NCBI GenBank assembly: GCA_052327205.1
Contig: CM126227.1
Span: forward strand, 16,368,001-16,432,000
Reading direction: 5' to 3'
DNA length: 64,000 bases
Source: Somniosus microcephalus
Taxonomy: Eukaryota
The position numbers were made by a program, and so were the translations under genes. The notes under the pieces were generated by a model. It had not been told where the DNA came from. It saw only the letters and a list, made by a program, of their open reading frames with translations, and did not search any database. How positions within the stretch are numbered: the first letter of the stretch is position 1; each line of letters opens with the position of its first letter. Of the stretch, positions 38,043 through 50,520 are shown in pieces.

Positions 38043-38395
38043 CTAGATGGTGAAAAGGAAAAAAATAAATAAAAACACAAATGAAATTCACAACATTTTT
38101 CCACATGAAATCACAAAAAAACTAAAATAATGAACACTTTGTAAATTAAAAAAAAACACATTCTAATTTCTTTGGCTCGTGTGATGGTTTTTTTCAAACA
38201 GAGTCCTCTCCCTCCCCGGCAACATACCATTCCCCAGCACGTCAAAAGCCGGTCGATATAAAACAGAAATGCCACGGGTTTCGTCCGACACGGACCAAAT
38301 GGAAAGCAATCGTAAACAGACAGTGGATAAATCCCCAACGGCTTTTCAATGTGGCACCCTCTACAACTTGTGCCAGACATTAAAATAATTGCTAT

Positions 38396-38581
38396 GCACA
38401 TACACTGCTAATGGCATGGTGCGTTGTTACGGGGTTGTGTTGAGATGTTCTGCCACAAAATATAGGCTCGACATCAAAATCATATTTAGTGAGCAATTCA
38501 ATGTAGCAGAACACCTCCGTGTGATGAGATGTTATTAGCTCGGAGACGCTGCTGAGTGCAGTGCCACAGAGATGGAAAATA
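38396..38581 (+). repeat. 186-bp unique segment, donor copy of a local duplication
   Basis: Matches 39198-39383 with one visible mismatch (ggtGcgttg vs ggtTcgttg). Confidence 0.95.
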
Positions 38582-39197
38582 TGCAAAAAGAATATCGATG
38601 AAAGGTCACATTAACTGGTATACTTGCAAGGGATTTTTCTTCTAATAAATCAGGAGTGCACTGCTCTATTGTATATTAACTGACAGAATTCTGGACTTAT
38701 GTATTTTTTTTTAAAAAAGCTCAATTTTCATCAAAATATATTCTAGGTAGTCAAGCTGTCAGTAAGGAAGAATTATCCTCAAAAAGAGTGCATTAAGCAA
38801 ACAGCCCAGGTGGAAAGCTGCTAAATTTGTAACACCTTGCTGCCTGTTTAGGCATTTCGATAAAACAGAAGATCTCCCTGACCACAACATACTGGGCGCT
38901 CCACAGCCAAGGGCTTCGGTTGCGAAACCTTCATTGGACAGGAAGGCAGTGCAATATAGCACGCGAGCGCTCGGGTGCCCCAAGCTCCAGCAATGGCAGG
39001 AAGCAGTGCTTTGCCCACACTGGAGATCTCGACTTCAGCAGTGCCCTCATGGAAAGACGCAGGGTGTAAATCGGACTGTTCCAACCAAGGCTGGGGTGGT
39101 AGAAGTAGAGGAGAAAAATAAAAAGGACTTGGTCACCATAGGTCGCCTTCATTCACCTCCTAGTCAGTGACTATTATGGAACTAATAGTGACCTGTG

Positions 39198-39383
39198 GCA
39201 CATACACTGCTAATGGCATGGTTCGTTGTTACGGGGTTGTGTTGAGATGTTCTGCCACAAAATATAGGCTCGACATCAAAATCATATTTAGTGAGCAATT
39301 CAATGTAGCAGAACACCTCCGTGTGATGAGATGTTATTAGCTCGGAGACGCTGCTGAGTGCAGTGCCACAGAGATGGAAAATA
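39198..39383 (+). repeat. 186-bp duplicated copy flanked by an 18-bp direct repeat
   Basis: TAATAGTGACCTGTGGCA at 39183-39200 and 39382-39399; directly abuts the 5' end of a CR1. Confidence 0.95.
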
Positions 39384-39399
39384 ATAGTGACCTGTGGCA

Positions 39400-39845
39400 T
39401 GAGGAGAGATTGTGTCGATTGGGCTTATACTCACTGGAGTTTAGAAGATTGATAGGGGATCTCATCGAAACCTATAAAATTCTGTCAGGCCTGGACAGAC
39501 TAGATGCAGGAAGGATGTTTCTGATGGCCGGGGAGTCCAGAACCAGGGGTCATAGTCTAAGGATAAGGGGTAAGCCATTTAGGACTGAAATGAGGAGGAA
39601 TTTCTTCACCCAGAGAGTGGTGAACCTGTGGAATTCTCTGCCACAGAGGGCAGTGGAGGCCAGTTCATTAAATATATTCAAGAAGGAGTTGGATATATTT
39701 CTTAAGGCTAAAGGGATCAAGGGACATGGGGAGAAAGCAGGGACAGGGTACTGAATTTGGATGATCAGCCATGATCTCATTGAATGGCGGAGCAGGCTCG
39801 AGGGGCCGAATGGCCTACTCCTGCTCCTATCTTCTATGTTTCTAT
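39400..39845 (+). mobile_element. CR1 LINE 3' fragment
   Basis: EERLCRLGLYSLEFRRLIGDLIETYK...RRNFFTQRVVNLWNSLP; tail ctatgtttctat. Confidence 0.92.
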
Positions 39846-42800
39846 TAGGGGAAGTGGACGGAAAGCACAAGATGCCTAAACATAACCCTCATCTAACTGT
39901 AGAGTCGACATTAATTTATCTGAAAACAGGGAGGTATTATCAACAAATCGTAACCCATATAATCGAGCTCTGTTATGAATGACAATGTGCCAACATAAGG
40001 GACTGTACTTTTAAACATTTTTATACAAGGTGTATTATTAACTTCCTCATGCCAATGAGAATATGAATTAAATCAAGTACTGTTAGTGACCGAGAAAAAT
40101 GCTTTTTTTTTGAAGAATCACCTCTGTTTAGTACTGAGAATGGTTCTTATCTCAATTTTCACCATGAGCAGATCACGGTGTGTGGTCACTTTAATATATT
40201 GATGATGTAGTAGGATCAATCGTTTTAAATTCAACCTGTTGGCAACATTTACAGTAAATTCTCGATCTAGATTATTGATGGAAATTAAATAAAATTCTGT
40301 TGTGCGGTGGAATGAATCCTTGTTTAAAAAAAAATTGAAAGTTTAAAATTGCTGAAACTAAACCTGCAACTGCAGTGTCAACTTTACATGGGCCTCGTGG
40401 CTTTCTGGGGAAGGTTCACTGTTGTCAAGGGTTGAATCTCGGCTATACAACCTTGAATGCTGGGAAGCCGTGACATAATTCGGAAAGCCTGTTTCTGCAT
40501 CGTGAGCGGAGCAACCGAATTTTGGCACGTCAATAGGTTCAAGATGTTAAAGGCAGCACTATGCAGTAAGAAAGACCTAGTGCCAGCAGGATTTTACAAG
40601 CTAGCCCCTTAAATTTAGTTCGACAAGAATGCACCATGTTGCACATAATTGGGGATGCCCCATTAGCTTAATTTTTGGCCAATCAAAATTACTTTCCTTG
40701 AACTCCCTACTAACATAATGGCAAGTTAACTCCTAGAAACCACAGCGAGTGTTCAGCCAAACATGAGTATTTCAGTTTGAATTGCGAGGTACAAAATAAC
40801 TTGCCCCGAGTTTGTTTGTACTTTTGCTCTATGCTTGCTGTGAAGTTCCCACACCAGCCTCACAAATCTCCCACCGATGTCCGGGTTTTGGCACTGGTCC
40901 CCTGCTACCAGTGTAGCTGAATCGCTACTGAAATATCTCACGGTGCCTTTGTGGTAAATTACCACAGCACAGTGGGATATTCGTGAAGACATTTCTTGAA
41001 AAAGCCATCATCCGAACCAGAAAACACTGCTACACAAATGATCAGGGGTGGGGGTGGAAGGGGGAGGTTGTCTTTGGTCTAATGGGAAAAATATAGATTA
41101 ATGACATTGACTTATTCAAATAAAAAATGAAAGTGAAATTAGCCGCACAGCAGGAGTTTCGTGGAGAAGAAATTTGTAAAACGGTCGGTTTGCCCATTCT
41201 GCAAATGTACTTTTCTATTTGATGATGGTTCTCCCATTTCCCCAAATATAAAAGATGCCTAACACATCAGGTCTGCCCACTCCGGCTGTGAATTATTAAT
41301 GCAAACCGCTAACCTCCTCCCAGCAACTACTGGTTCGATGAAATATTGATGCGTTTTTATAATACGCACAACTTTAATTCATGGGAATTAACTTTTACAA
41401 ATAGAAAGCATTTGGAGGCACCAATAAAATGCTTATAAATAGGCCTGTCTCGCCTGCGTAATGAGCACCGTCACAAGAATCAACACCTCGCTTGTGACGT
41501 TCCATTTAATGTGAAAACTCAACTTGCAGGGAATAGAAATATATTATGAAATACGTGAAGAAAGAATCGACAAAAAACACTGCTTGTTTTTTATACAATT
41601 TAGGTTGAAACTCCTGCATGTGCCATTAATGCTGTGAAAACGGATGACAAGAGTTGAAACACAGATCCACAATAGTGCAGCAGCCATAAAATCCAACACA
41701 GAAAAGGTGAACGTCTTTAGCATGTCCTTGTGCTGAATGTGTGTCCAAGGCAAGCGCTCTCATTTCGCTTAAACCAAGTGTTCTTTCCATATGATATTTT
41801 ACCTGAATCTTGGCTGTGCATTGAAAATATGTGTACAGTGAGTTGGTAGCATAAACTGCCAATCAAATCTCAGCACATATTAATTTAAGCTGCAACTTTC
41901 ATTAAATGTTAATAATTGCAACAATTCTTTACTTGCCTGTCAATTAGCAAAATAGAAATGTATTCTCTCTGAATGGTTGGTAACTATATTATACTTGTAT
42001 TCGACAGGTATCAGAGGCCAGTCAGTGTTTTGGAACGCATTAAAATAGGATTAATAGTTATTTTTATACCAGTCTGTGGATTGTACCAACAGTATTTCAT
42101 GCAGATTGGAACAAGAGGGCTGGATCTAATCTCAGATGATAGTTGTGGCTCCAGCGGGTTCAATTTATTTTAGGTCTGCACACATTACTCTGTATCCCCA
42201 CTTAAAAAAAAGCCAGAGCGTTAAAAAGAATAATTTACCGCAGCCATCATTTTTCTTTGATTTGTTTGAACAGCAAGCACTGACAGCACAGGGAGGGTAG
42301 TGAAATGCTGGAGTTACTGCGTCTGACAGCGTGAGGGAGCTGGTATTAACATGCACAACCGAGGCTGGAGCGCCGCTGGGCTAATGATCATCTCTCTGGT
42401 GATGTTAATTCTGCTTGCTCACACTGCTGGCTCAGTAGCTCTCCCAAGCCAGTAATCCCAATGCTGTCGTTGACGCTCATTTAAAAAAAAAATTAATGAA
42501 CAGGAAAGGCAGAAACGAAAGACCGCTGCAGTTAATAAGTCTTTCTAACGGAGCTTTCTGCAAAGAAGGGGTACTGAAGGTAATGGTGCTGATTTAAATG
42601 CTTTCTCATTGCTCAAGACAGACTGCAACAAATAAAATAAGTCAAGGGAGGTCTACAGTTTTATAAGAGACTCCTAGATAGTGACATAATTCACAACTGT
42701 TGCACGGCCTGAAATTGCTTATTTTGTAAACTGCCTTCTGGAATTAAACCACTAAAATTGTTGGGTTTAACAGACATGCGCTAAGTTACATTAGCTTTGA

Positions 42801-44956
42801 ACATCCATCATACAACACCAATCAAACAGAAGGGTTAAAACCACACAATCACCATGCGGGGAGGGGAGGGTTACTGCAGGGACATCACTCCTAAGAGTTT
42901 AGGAAATCATTATGCACAAAAAAAACTAGCCACGAGCTCATGCAGGCTCTTGTGCTGCCCGGGACACATCTTTAATGCATTTGAGGTTGCTCTGTGTGAC
43001 GAGCATAATTGGCAAGACCGCATTTCAGAACCATTTTAGTGGGAAGTGGACAGCTGGTCTGAAATGGTGCGGCAGCAGTTTTGTCAGCCAGCTGTGAATG
43101 ACACGGGATCATCCCGAAACAGCATGGAGCTGCATTTAAACTCCACGCTTCCCGCTGAAATTAATGGCAGGAGGAGTTGGGTCAATTTTAGTGTGACATC
43201 ATCAGTCACACACTGACTGAACACTTACACAGCGTACCGACAACCTGTAAAAAGGGGCATAAATTCATGGCAACTCTTATCAGGAACTCAAATTCTAACC
43301 TGTTGCAATTAGGATTTAGTTTGGACAATGGATAAAAGAGATTTTGCTTTTTAGTTGGAATGAGAAACTGTTAGAATATCGACTCCTTGGATACCAAGTG
43401 AACTTACAATGCACATTACTCAAATTATATCACAGTTACTGAAACATGAAGGAAGACTCATCTGAAAAACAGAGTAAGTTGAAATGAACTGCATTATTCC
43501 ACCCGGTCTGCTCCAGCTCAATCATTGGATCATAAATTTGAGGCCCACTGAAACAGTACTGCCAGACTGCATCCCATTAAACTGCAGCTCCAATATTTAA
43601 AATGTGCATTATTTCCCTTCTCAGTTAGAGATCAGACCAGAAGAGATGTTCCCAATTACCAATTCAACAGCTGCCAGCTGTTTTTGAAGCAAAATGAAAA
43701 GTCGGCCATATTTTTGAGAGTAAAATGTCTTGCGCTATTTGTATTTTATTGATATTGGGGCATATCTACGAGAAGCAGTGGATTTCATTTGTATAAAGAG
43801 AACCAGTAATAGACTGATCTCAAGTGGATACGCTACATTCCACAATGATGGGATACAGAAACATCCACATCAGAAATGCTACTGATGGCATACCATTACT
43901 GTCAGTACTGTTCAAGAGAGAAGGCAATTATGGATAAGCACTATCCTACTTGGTCAACTCCATTTTTTAAACTAATACAACTCTTATCTTTTCGGGCTTT
44001 TCTGTGGCGTGCTGTGCACCATTTCCTTCAGCAGTGGCTGTTCTGAGGTGACGCTAGCCCAGAGGATTGCGTTGGGAGCGAGTCGGCTCCACACCACTGT
44101 TCTCTTCGGACTGATCGCAGGCTGGCTTTCTCCTTTCAATTTCCAAATATTTGCTAAAACACATCAAATAATCAGGCTGGGCGGAAAAAAACCCATCCCC
44201 ACTTACTTATGCCTTTCGCACATTATTGAGGCACATTGTAAACATTTCCTCGTTTCAGCTGGCGGAGCTAGCAACGTTCTGCGTCGAGGAGGAAACCGAA
44301 AGCAGACTGGTGGCTGTTCATCGCAAACACTTACAACCTATCAATAGGTCGATTAGGCTGTTTTACAAATGATCATTAGTTCTTTTGGGAGTTGTGTTGG
44401 CTCGAGCCATTATACCAGAGAGGGCATTTCATCACTTCAGTGTTTGGCCCCCCAGATGTTTTGTTCAACAGTATGGCATGGGAAATATCTCCTTCTTTGG
44501 CTGGCCGTCCACTTTTGTCTCATTACGCTCTGTGAAGCGCCTTGGGACATCTTTCCACGATAAAGGCGCTATACAAATGCAAGTTGTCATTGTTGAATAT
44601 TGGACTAGATTTACACCCCATTCTTGCAGCACTAAAGTGGCGTTGCTGCAGGTTAATACCACCAGTGCTGCTGAGCAGACTCTCTCCAAGGGCTCCCTTG
44701 ACTGACATCACCCCAGAGAATCCACTGCCGTACAGGCTGAAATAAACAGCCGTTATTCAGGGCTCCAGACGAACTCAATGAAGAGCAAGGTTTTTTTCCC
44801 CCCCACACTTCATTGTACTTACCCATAAAATTACCCATGCCTTAAATTCAGATGCATTCTCAAAATAAGTGAATTTTGTGTGTGAATTTAGCTCCAACTT
44901 GGCAGCTTTCAGTGAGTCTTCCAGTATTACTACAGTATCATTTTGCAAAATGCTAT

Positions 44957-44995
44957 GGGTAGGGTACTAGGGGTAGGGTACTAGGGGTAGGGTAC
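44957..44995 (+). repeat. 14-bp tandem repeat (GGGTAGGGTACTAG) x~2.8
   Basis: gggtagggtactag gggtagggtactag gggtagggtac. Confidence 0.9.
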
Positions 44996-45634
44996 ATGCC
45001 ACGAGCAAGGAAACATTATGCAAACATGCACACAATCAATGCAATATATGCATTAGCTTTAAAGGACTGAGCTTATTATATACCACTTCATTTTTGACCA
45101 AGAACATGGCAACAGTCCAATAAAAAGCAGAATACTTTTTGCAGGGAAAAAAATTTACTCGAATCATCAAGACTTCCCATTTCATATTGTACCAAGCGTG
45201 TCAAAATGTAACTTGGATTTTAGCCATCCGGTGGCCAAACAGGTACTCGAGAGATTCCTGGGGTGGTCAGTTACTCAAATATGTCTGCCATCGGTGGGAT
45301 GAACCTGATTCATTCTTGGCTGGGTTAGAGGGTATCTCAATTGGGAGGGGGAGAAGATTTGAACTTGGTGAACGACCGCGACTTTTCAAAAGAGACCACC
45401 TGAGCTGATGTATGGTGACCAGAGAGAAGTGCCTCCCTACTCCAGGCTAGAGGCACGAGGGACAAGTGGGGAAAAATATTGCATGAAAAACTCCTCTGGT
45501 CCCATTTGTGTGAACTTAGCTGCAACTCGAATTTACAAATAAAAATTTACTTTGGTTTGTTAAAAGAATTTTTAATTTGTATGGGGGCGGTGGGGGAAGA
45601 GAACCCACAAATGATGCCCAAACCAAGCTACATA

Positions 45635-45955
45635 CAGGAAACTTTTTTTTAATCCGGCACGGACGGGACCGACGTGGTGCCGGTTCATCAAAAATTCCGG
45701 ATAACCGAAAGCTATAGTAAAAGATACGGAGCTGAGAGCTCCGTATAAAGCAACAAACCCTGTTGCTTAGCAACAGGTTCAAAACAATGGCCACAAGTTG
45801 CAAGCGTCTCTGCAGCTTAGCAACAGCTGCAGCCACACCCTTGCACAGCACATGGAGGAAGGCAAGTAATAAAAGTTACCTGAACCTACTCCTGAATTTT
45901 GCCGGTTAACCGAGATTTCCGATTATTTAGGTGCCGGTAAATCGAAAGTTTCCTG
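45635..45955 (-). mobile_element. Tc1/mariner-type MITE, copy B (inverted relative to 4894-5191)
   Basis: TA|CAGGAAACTTT...AAAGTTTCCTG|CA; ORF track gives near-identical pseudo-peptides at 4983(+) and 45516(-). Confidence 0.85.
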
Positions 45956-46587
45956 CATTTCCAAAACCAAACATAAAATGGACAGAATATTTTCAGCCTC
46001 ACGGTACAGTCTCAAACAGCGCCGGTTCAATATGGTCGCTCGTTTCCTGAACTGCTGTGGTAAGGTTGCTTGCTACAGCCTGCAATTCACCCTGTATTGC
46101 TTCATCACCACGACGCGTGACCCCAGGGAAGAGATGCCAAAAGAGTGTCACCACTGTGGGCGAGTTGCATTTGAAAAGGTTTTAATTAAACTTTTAGCAA
46201 TTAGTAGCAGGAATCGCTTTAACATCAACGCAGACAGGAAAAACGTTACGTGCTTTATACGCATGCAGCATTGGTCCTCATATTCAAAATGCAGTGGTAT
46301 ACAATAAGTACTGGACTCCACAATGCAATCACAACATACTTTTGAAAAGCGTCATAGATTTATGATTAGCAAATAAAAGCACAGAGAAGCATTTCCAGTT
46401 CTAAATTATTGCCATTTATACACATTCCATTACTTCTATTTTTCTCATTTAATTTACATTTAAATGACAAACTACATTACTTGCAAATAACTACTAGCAG
46501 CAAAAGATATTTTAAAAAGGCTTGCAGCTGAGAGAGAGAGCGAGAGAGAGAGAGGGTACATAAGCCTCAGATAGCAGTTATACATAC

Positions 46588-46757
46588 CATAGACATACAA
46601 GACATAATCGTCGTATGATTCTCCAACATCATTGAAAGCCCGGCAGCGGTATGTCCCATTGTCGGTTTTATTTAGGGACTCGAGGACTAAGTTTTCCACA
46701 GACAAAATGGCACGATCAGGCATTTCCTCATCTAATCGCTGCCAGATGAGTGTAGGT
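46588..46757 (-). CDS. CADM1: CADM1 exon, C-half of third Ig domain (exon 7 equivalent), 170 nt
   Basis: ttttgttctgcag|A CCT ACA...GTC TAT G|gtatgt; [56 protein letters not shown] contains the Ig DxGxYxC motif; phase matches the preceding exon. Confidence 0.96.
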
Positions 46758-47132
46758 CTGCAGAACAAAATTAAGATTGAATTGAGTGTAGTGCGCATAA
46801 AAGTTCAAGTTTCCTTTCCCTCTTGGGCTGATATCTAGGCTTCATCATTTTTCCTTCCAAATCATCTGGAACACATTGGGAAAGGAAACTGGTTTTCCCC
46901 AGTCTTAAATTGTAAACTGCTCCGAATCAGCCCAGAATAACGCTAAAAATACCAATTTTATTCGTTCTCTTCACCCGTCCAGATCTCTTACTCCACCACC
47001 CAAATCGTATGATTGTGTGCGATCAAGAGGGAAGCCATGCGATTTGCCGGCGTCTCCAAGGGGCTTTAGCTCGTGACAGTTTTTGGTTGATGACCAAAAA
47101 AAATGTGAGCTTGTGCAACGACAGGTAGATCA

Positions 47133-47324
47133 GAAAGTGCAGGTCAGGCAGCGTCGAAGAGAAGAGAAACAGAATCAACGTTTCGGGCGAAGTTCTGACG
47201 AAGGGTTCGACCCGAAAGGTTGACTCTGTTTCTCCTCGCTTCGATGCTGCCTGACCCGCTGAGTGTTTCCAGCACTTTCTGTTCTTGTTTCAGCTTTCCA
47301 GCAGGCACAGTATTTTGCTATTGC
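47133..47324. mobile_element. Penelope-derived palindromic element with hammerhead core
   Basis: Inverted arms; 12-bp TSD ACAGGTAGATCA / ACGGGTAGATCA; AGTT-CTGACGA-A-GGG-ttcga-CCC-GAAAGGTT-GACT at 47191-47225. Confidence 0.78.
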
Positions 47325-47774
47325 ACGGGTAGATCACCCTTGTAATGTTTCGGTCCAATCCCTTCTGTGGGCAATGTCCTCTGTTCCATCACAACCCAGC
47401 TAAGTAGGAACGTTCCAACTGAAGGAACCTATATAGATTGCTGAAATACATCATGCTAGCAAGATATCCCCAGGCAAATTGAATTTTATCTATTATATTG
47501 TACAGGGAGTTTAGTTTTTAGGTGAAGTGAGGTTCAAGGGCTGGGGATTATTGGACCAGGGAGCACAGGTGTAATTAAGTTCCCATTTTAAAGTGACACG
47601 TTCCGTTCTTTATAAGTTCCTATGTCCACATTTATCATGGAAACTGTCTATGTACACTGGTCACACTATATCTAACATGCTCCCAGTGGTGGCGTCCAGC
47701 GCCTGCACCTGGAGAGGGAGGCAAGAGTTTAATTACCCCATGCTAAGTTTACATAGGCAGTTTCCATGATAGAA

Positions 47775-48152
47775 GAATGAGAGGTGAAACATGTAAGATT
47801 CTGAGGGGGATTGACAGGGTAGATGCTGAGAGGTTGTTTCCCCCTGGCTGGAGAGTCTAGAACGAGGGGCATAGTCTCAGGATAAGGGATCGGCCATTTA
47901 AGACTGAGATGAAGGAGGAATTTCTTCACTCAGAGGGTTGTGAATCTTTGGAATTCTCTGCCCCAGAGGGCTGTGGAGGCTGAATTATTGAGTATATTCA
48001 AGGCTGAGATCGGCTTTTGGACTCTAGGGGAATCAAGGGATATGGGAATCAGGCAGGAAAGTGGAGTTGAGGTTGAAGATCAGCCATGATCTTATTGAAT
48101 GGCGGAACAGGCTCGAGGGGCCGTATGGCCGACTCCTGCTCCTAATTCTTAT
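47775..48152 (+). mobile_element. CR1 LINE 3' fragment
   Basis: gagatgaaggaggaatttcttcactcagagggttgtgaatctttggaattctct...cagccatgatcttattgaatggcgg. Confidence 0.88.
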
Positions 48153-48427
48153 GGGGACCTATAATGGAAAAGGTTAACAGAGTGCGCGCACAGATGCAAG
48201 ATTTTTATTGTATATAGATTTGCTGGTAACCAATTTTCCACCATCCTCTCAATGCACTGGTTCATACAGGGGGATGGTTTCATTGGTGCTGGCGGCCCAC
48301 TGTTCTGCTCAAATAGCCATTTTTCATATGAGTGAGTTAAGACAACGTCAGCGAACTATTCGATCATGGAGCACAGCATAGCCAAGTCCATCCTGTCCTT
48401 TGACTAACATCTACACAGATACATTCC

Positions 48428-48630
48428 TGAAAATGCTGGAAACACTCAGCAGGTCAGGCAGCATCCATGGAGCGAGAAACAGAGTTAACCTTTCAGGTCG
48501 GTGACCTTTCATCGACCTGAAACGTTAACTCTTGTTTCTCTCCACGGAGGCTGCCGGGCCTGCTGAGCGTTTCCGGCATTTTCTATTTTGTTTCAGATTT
48601 CCAGCATCCGCAGTATTTTGCGTCTGTTTT
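48428..48630. mobile_element. Penelope-derived palindromic element
   Basis: Inverted pLTR arms around 48500; 11-bp TSD AGATACATTCC / AGATACTTTCC; hammerhead core truncated at the inversion point. Confidence 0.8.
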
Positions 48631-48794
48631 AGATACTTTCCAACATGGCTTGGCAACAAGGAGCAGGACCGCGTGGCTGAACTTTGCTCCCCTTAGTCAA
48701 GGGCACCTGGGCCAAATGCAGCGTTCAACTGCTGCCACAGAAAACAATCACCTAGCTCAGTCCAGATCAGAAATCAAAGTTGGGATCTTCCTGG

Positions 48795-48976
48795 GAATGT
48801 TCCCTGGAAGCTGCGCTTTGTTCTGCCCGACCGGTTTCTTTTAATGCGCGGTCCCTTTAAATTTCTGTGCACCTGCGGTATTTACAATGTAAAAGCTGGT
48901 GAGCGCCCTGGCCTGCGCGGGACCTTTGCGATTACAGCGCGGCCCTGCGCGCGCGCGCACCCGGGCGGGAACATTG
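48795..48976. mobile_element. hAT-type MITE, copy 1
   Basis: TIR (g)AATGTTCCC / GGGAACATTG; perfect 8-bp TSD CTTCCTGG (48787-48794 / 48977-48984). Confidence 0.88.
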
Positions 48977-49520
48977 CTTCCTGGCCTGCATGAAACAATG
49001 CCACATCATGCAACGCCGATAACCTCCAACAAATATAGCATTCTGTGGGTGAAATGACTGATGCTCCAACAGGAATAACGATGGAATGGAAAGAATGTCT
49101 CTGTATCAACTGACTGAAGAGGTCAAAAACTTACTGTGCAAAAATGTGCCCCAACAGTTTAAAAACTACCAGGTGGTTCATGTTCTATTTTGCATTTAAA
49201 AAGGGGCGGTTTGTTAGCAGAAGCCCGTTTAAAAAAAAAAAAAGTTGCAAGTTATATATAATTTATAATTGAAGTAAATATCTGGCTTTAAGTGCCTGAC
49301 ACTGTTCGAGCTAGAATATCACACACAAACACACACTTCAAATAACAGGATCATTGAAGCACCTTGGATTCATGTCCTCATCCACCAATTTAAATTCAAA
49401 ATTTATTACTGCATGAACCCAATGGGCCAATGAATTGGTTAACTGTGTGTAAAAATAAATAAATCTAGCAAAAAAAAAACTTCAAGTCTCCCTTGGAAGG
49501 TTTGAAGCACACACACTTAC

Positions 49521-49617
49521 TGTGGTTTCCCATTGGCCGTGCAAGTCAGCTCCAGAGTGTCCCCTTCTCTCGTCAGACCTTGTGGATAGCTCACAGTAAC
49601 CTGCACTTGGGGCTTAA
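49521..49617 (-). CDS. CADM1: CADM1 exon, N-half of third Ig domain (mammalian exon 6 equivalent), 97 nt
   Basis: Minus strand cttatttctccag|TT AAG CCC CAA...AAA CCA CA|gtaagt; translates [31 protein letters not shown](Q). Not in the ORF track. Confidence 0.95.
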
Positions 49618-50126
49618 CTGGAGAAATAAGAGAAAGGTAAGTCTGAAAGAAGTTCCGCTCTTTCTTTTCCTCTGGTGACTTACCAAAGGCGCTTTACTTC
49701 ACACATTTTCCGAGCGCCAATGGGCAGGATTGGTGTAGAATGCGGTTCAGACAGTGGATTTTGCCCGGTAACCCTAAACATTGGCGCTCACACAGCACGC
49801 CAAGCGTCATCAGCAACCTCCTCTATCCCCCTCCCCATTTGTAGCAAGCTGCACCAAGACCCTCCCTTACACCCAGCCCCCAAGTGTAGGTTTTATTTCT
49901 GTAAATCAGGCCGTTTAACGGCTCAACAAAGTATTGACTAAATTAATCCTAACGGTGCCTGAATGGCCGGGGTGACAGCTAAATGCGAGACTCAATTCAC
50001 TTGGATAATGAACACATGCCACAACATTGCATTAGTCGGCAAGGACAAGCACTTTAACCTGCAATGAATTTTAAAATATAATTTCTTGCCAAGATTTCTA
50101 TTATAGGTCTACAGTTCTATTTTAGT

Positions 50127-50291
50127 GTCAGCTGTGGCTCAGTGGGCAGCACACTCGCCTCTGAGTGAGAAGGTTGTGGATTCTAGTCCCAATCCAGAGA
50201 CTTGAGCACATAAAGCTAGGCTGACACTCCAGTGCAGTGCTGAGGGAATGCTGCACTGTCGGAGGTGCCATCTTTCGGATGAGATGTTAAA
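50127..50291 (+). mobile_element. SacSINE1-type SINE, 5' part
   Basis: gtcagctgtggctcagtggg...gagatgttaaac, then an abrupt switch to the duplicated unique segment. Confidence 0.85.
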
Positions 50292-50520
50292 CAGAATCTC
50301 ATGGCTCATTTGTTGTAGAACTTCAAGGCTCCCAAGTGCAATGGAATTTGTGCATATCACATTGAAGGATGGATTCCGTACCACTGAAGAAACATAAAAA
50401 CATCTGCACATACACAGGAACAACTGGTTTCAATTTACGGCTTGCGATTATTTTCTGGTCACTGTAGCTTCTCCAATAAAGGCCTCGAGTGCCAGTGACA
50501 GGAAAGGTATATTGCTGCCC
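50290..50520 (+). repeat. ~230-bp unique segment duplicated at 55393-55610/56025-56036
   Basis: aacagaa.ctcatggctcatttgttgtagaacttcaagg...gccagtgacagga.aggtat-attgctg.cc in both places, each followed by a head-truncated SINE starting tcaagtcccactccagagac. Confidence 0.92.

Larger units (their letters stand above)
2496..49617 (-). other. CADM1: CADM1 gene, partial span (Ig3 exons to transmembrane exon); gene continues beyond both window edges
   Basis: Five exons in the expected order with compatible phases splice to [45 protein letters not shown]...[40 protein letters not shown]...-ATSPTTEPSAH-DSRAG...[33 protein letters not shown], matching the known CADM1 protein and exon structure. Confidence 0.95.
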
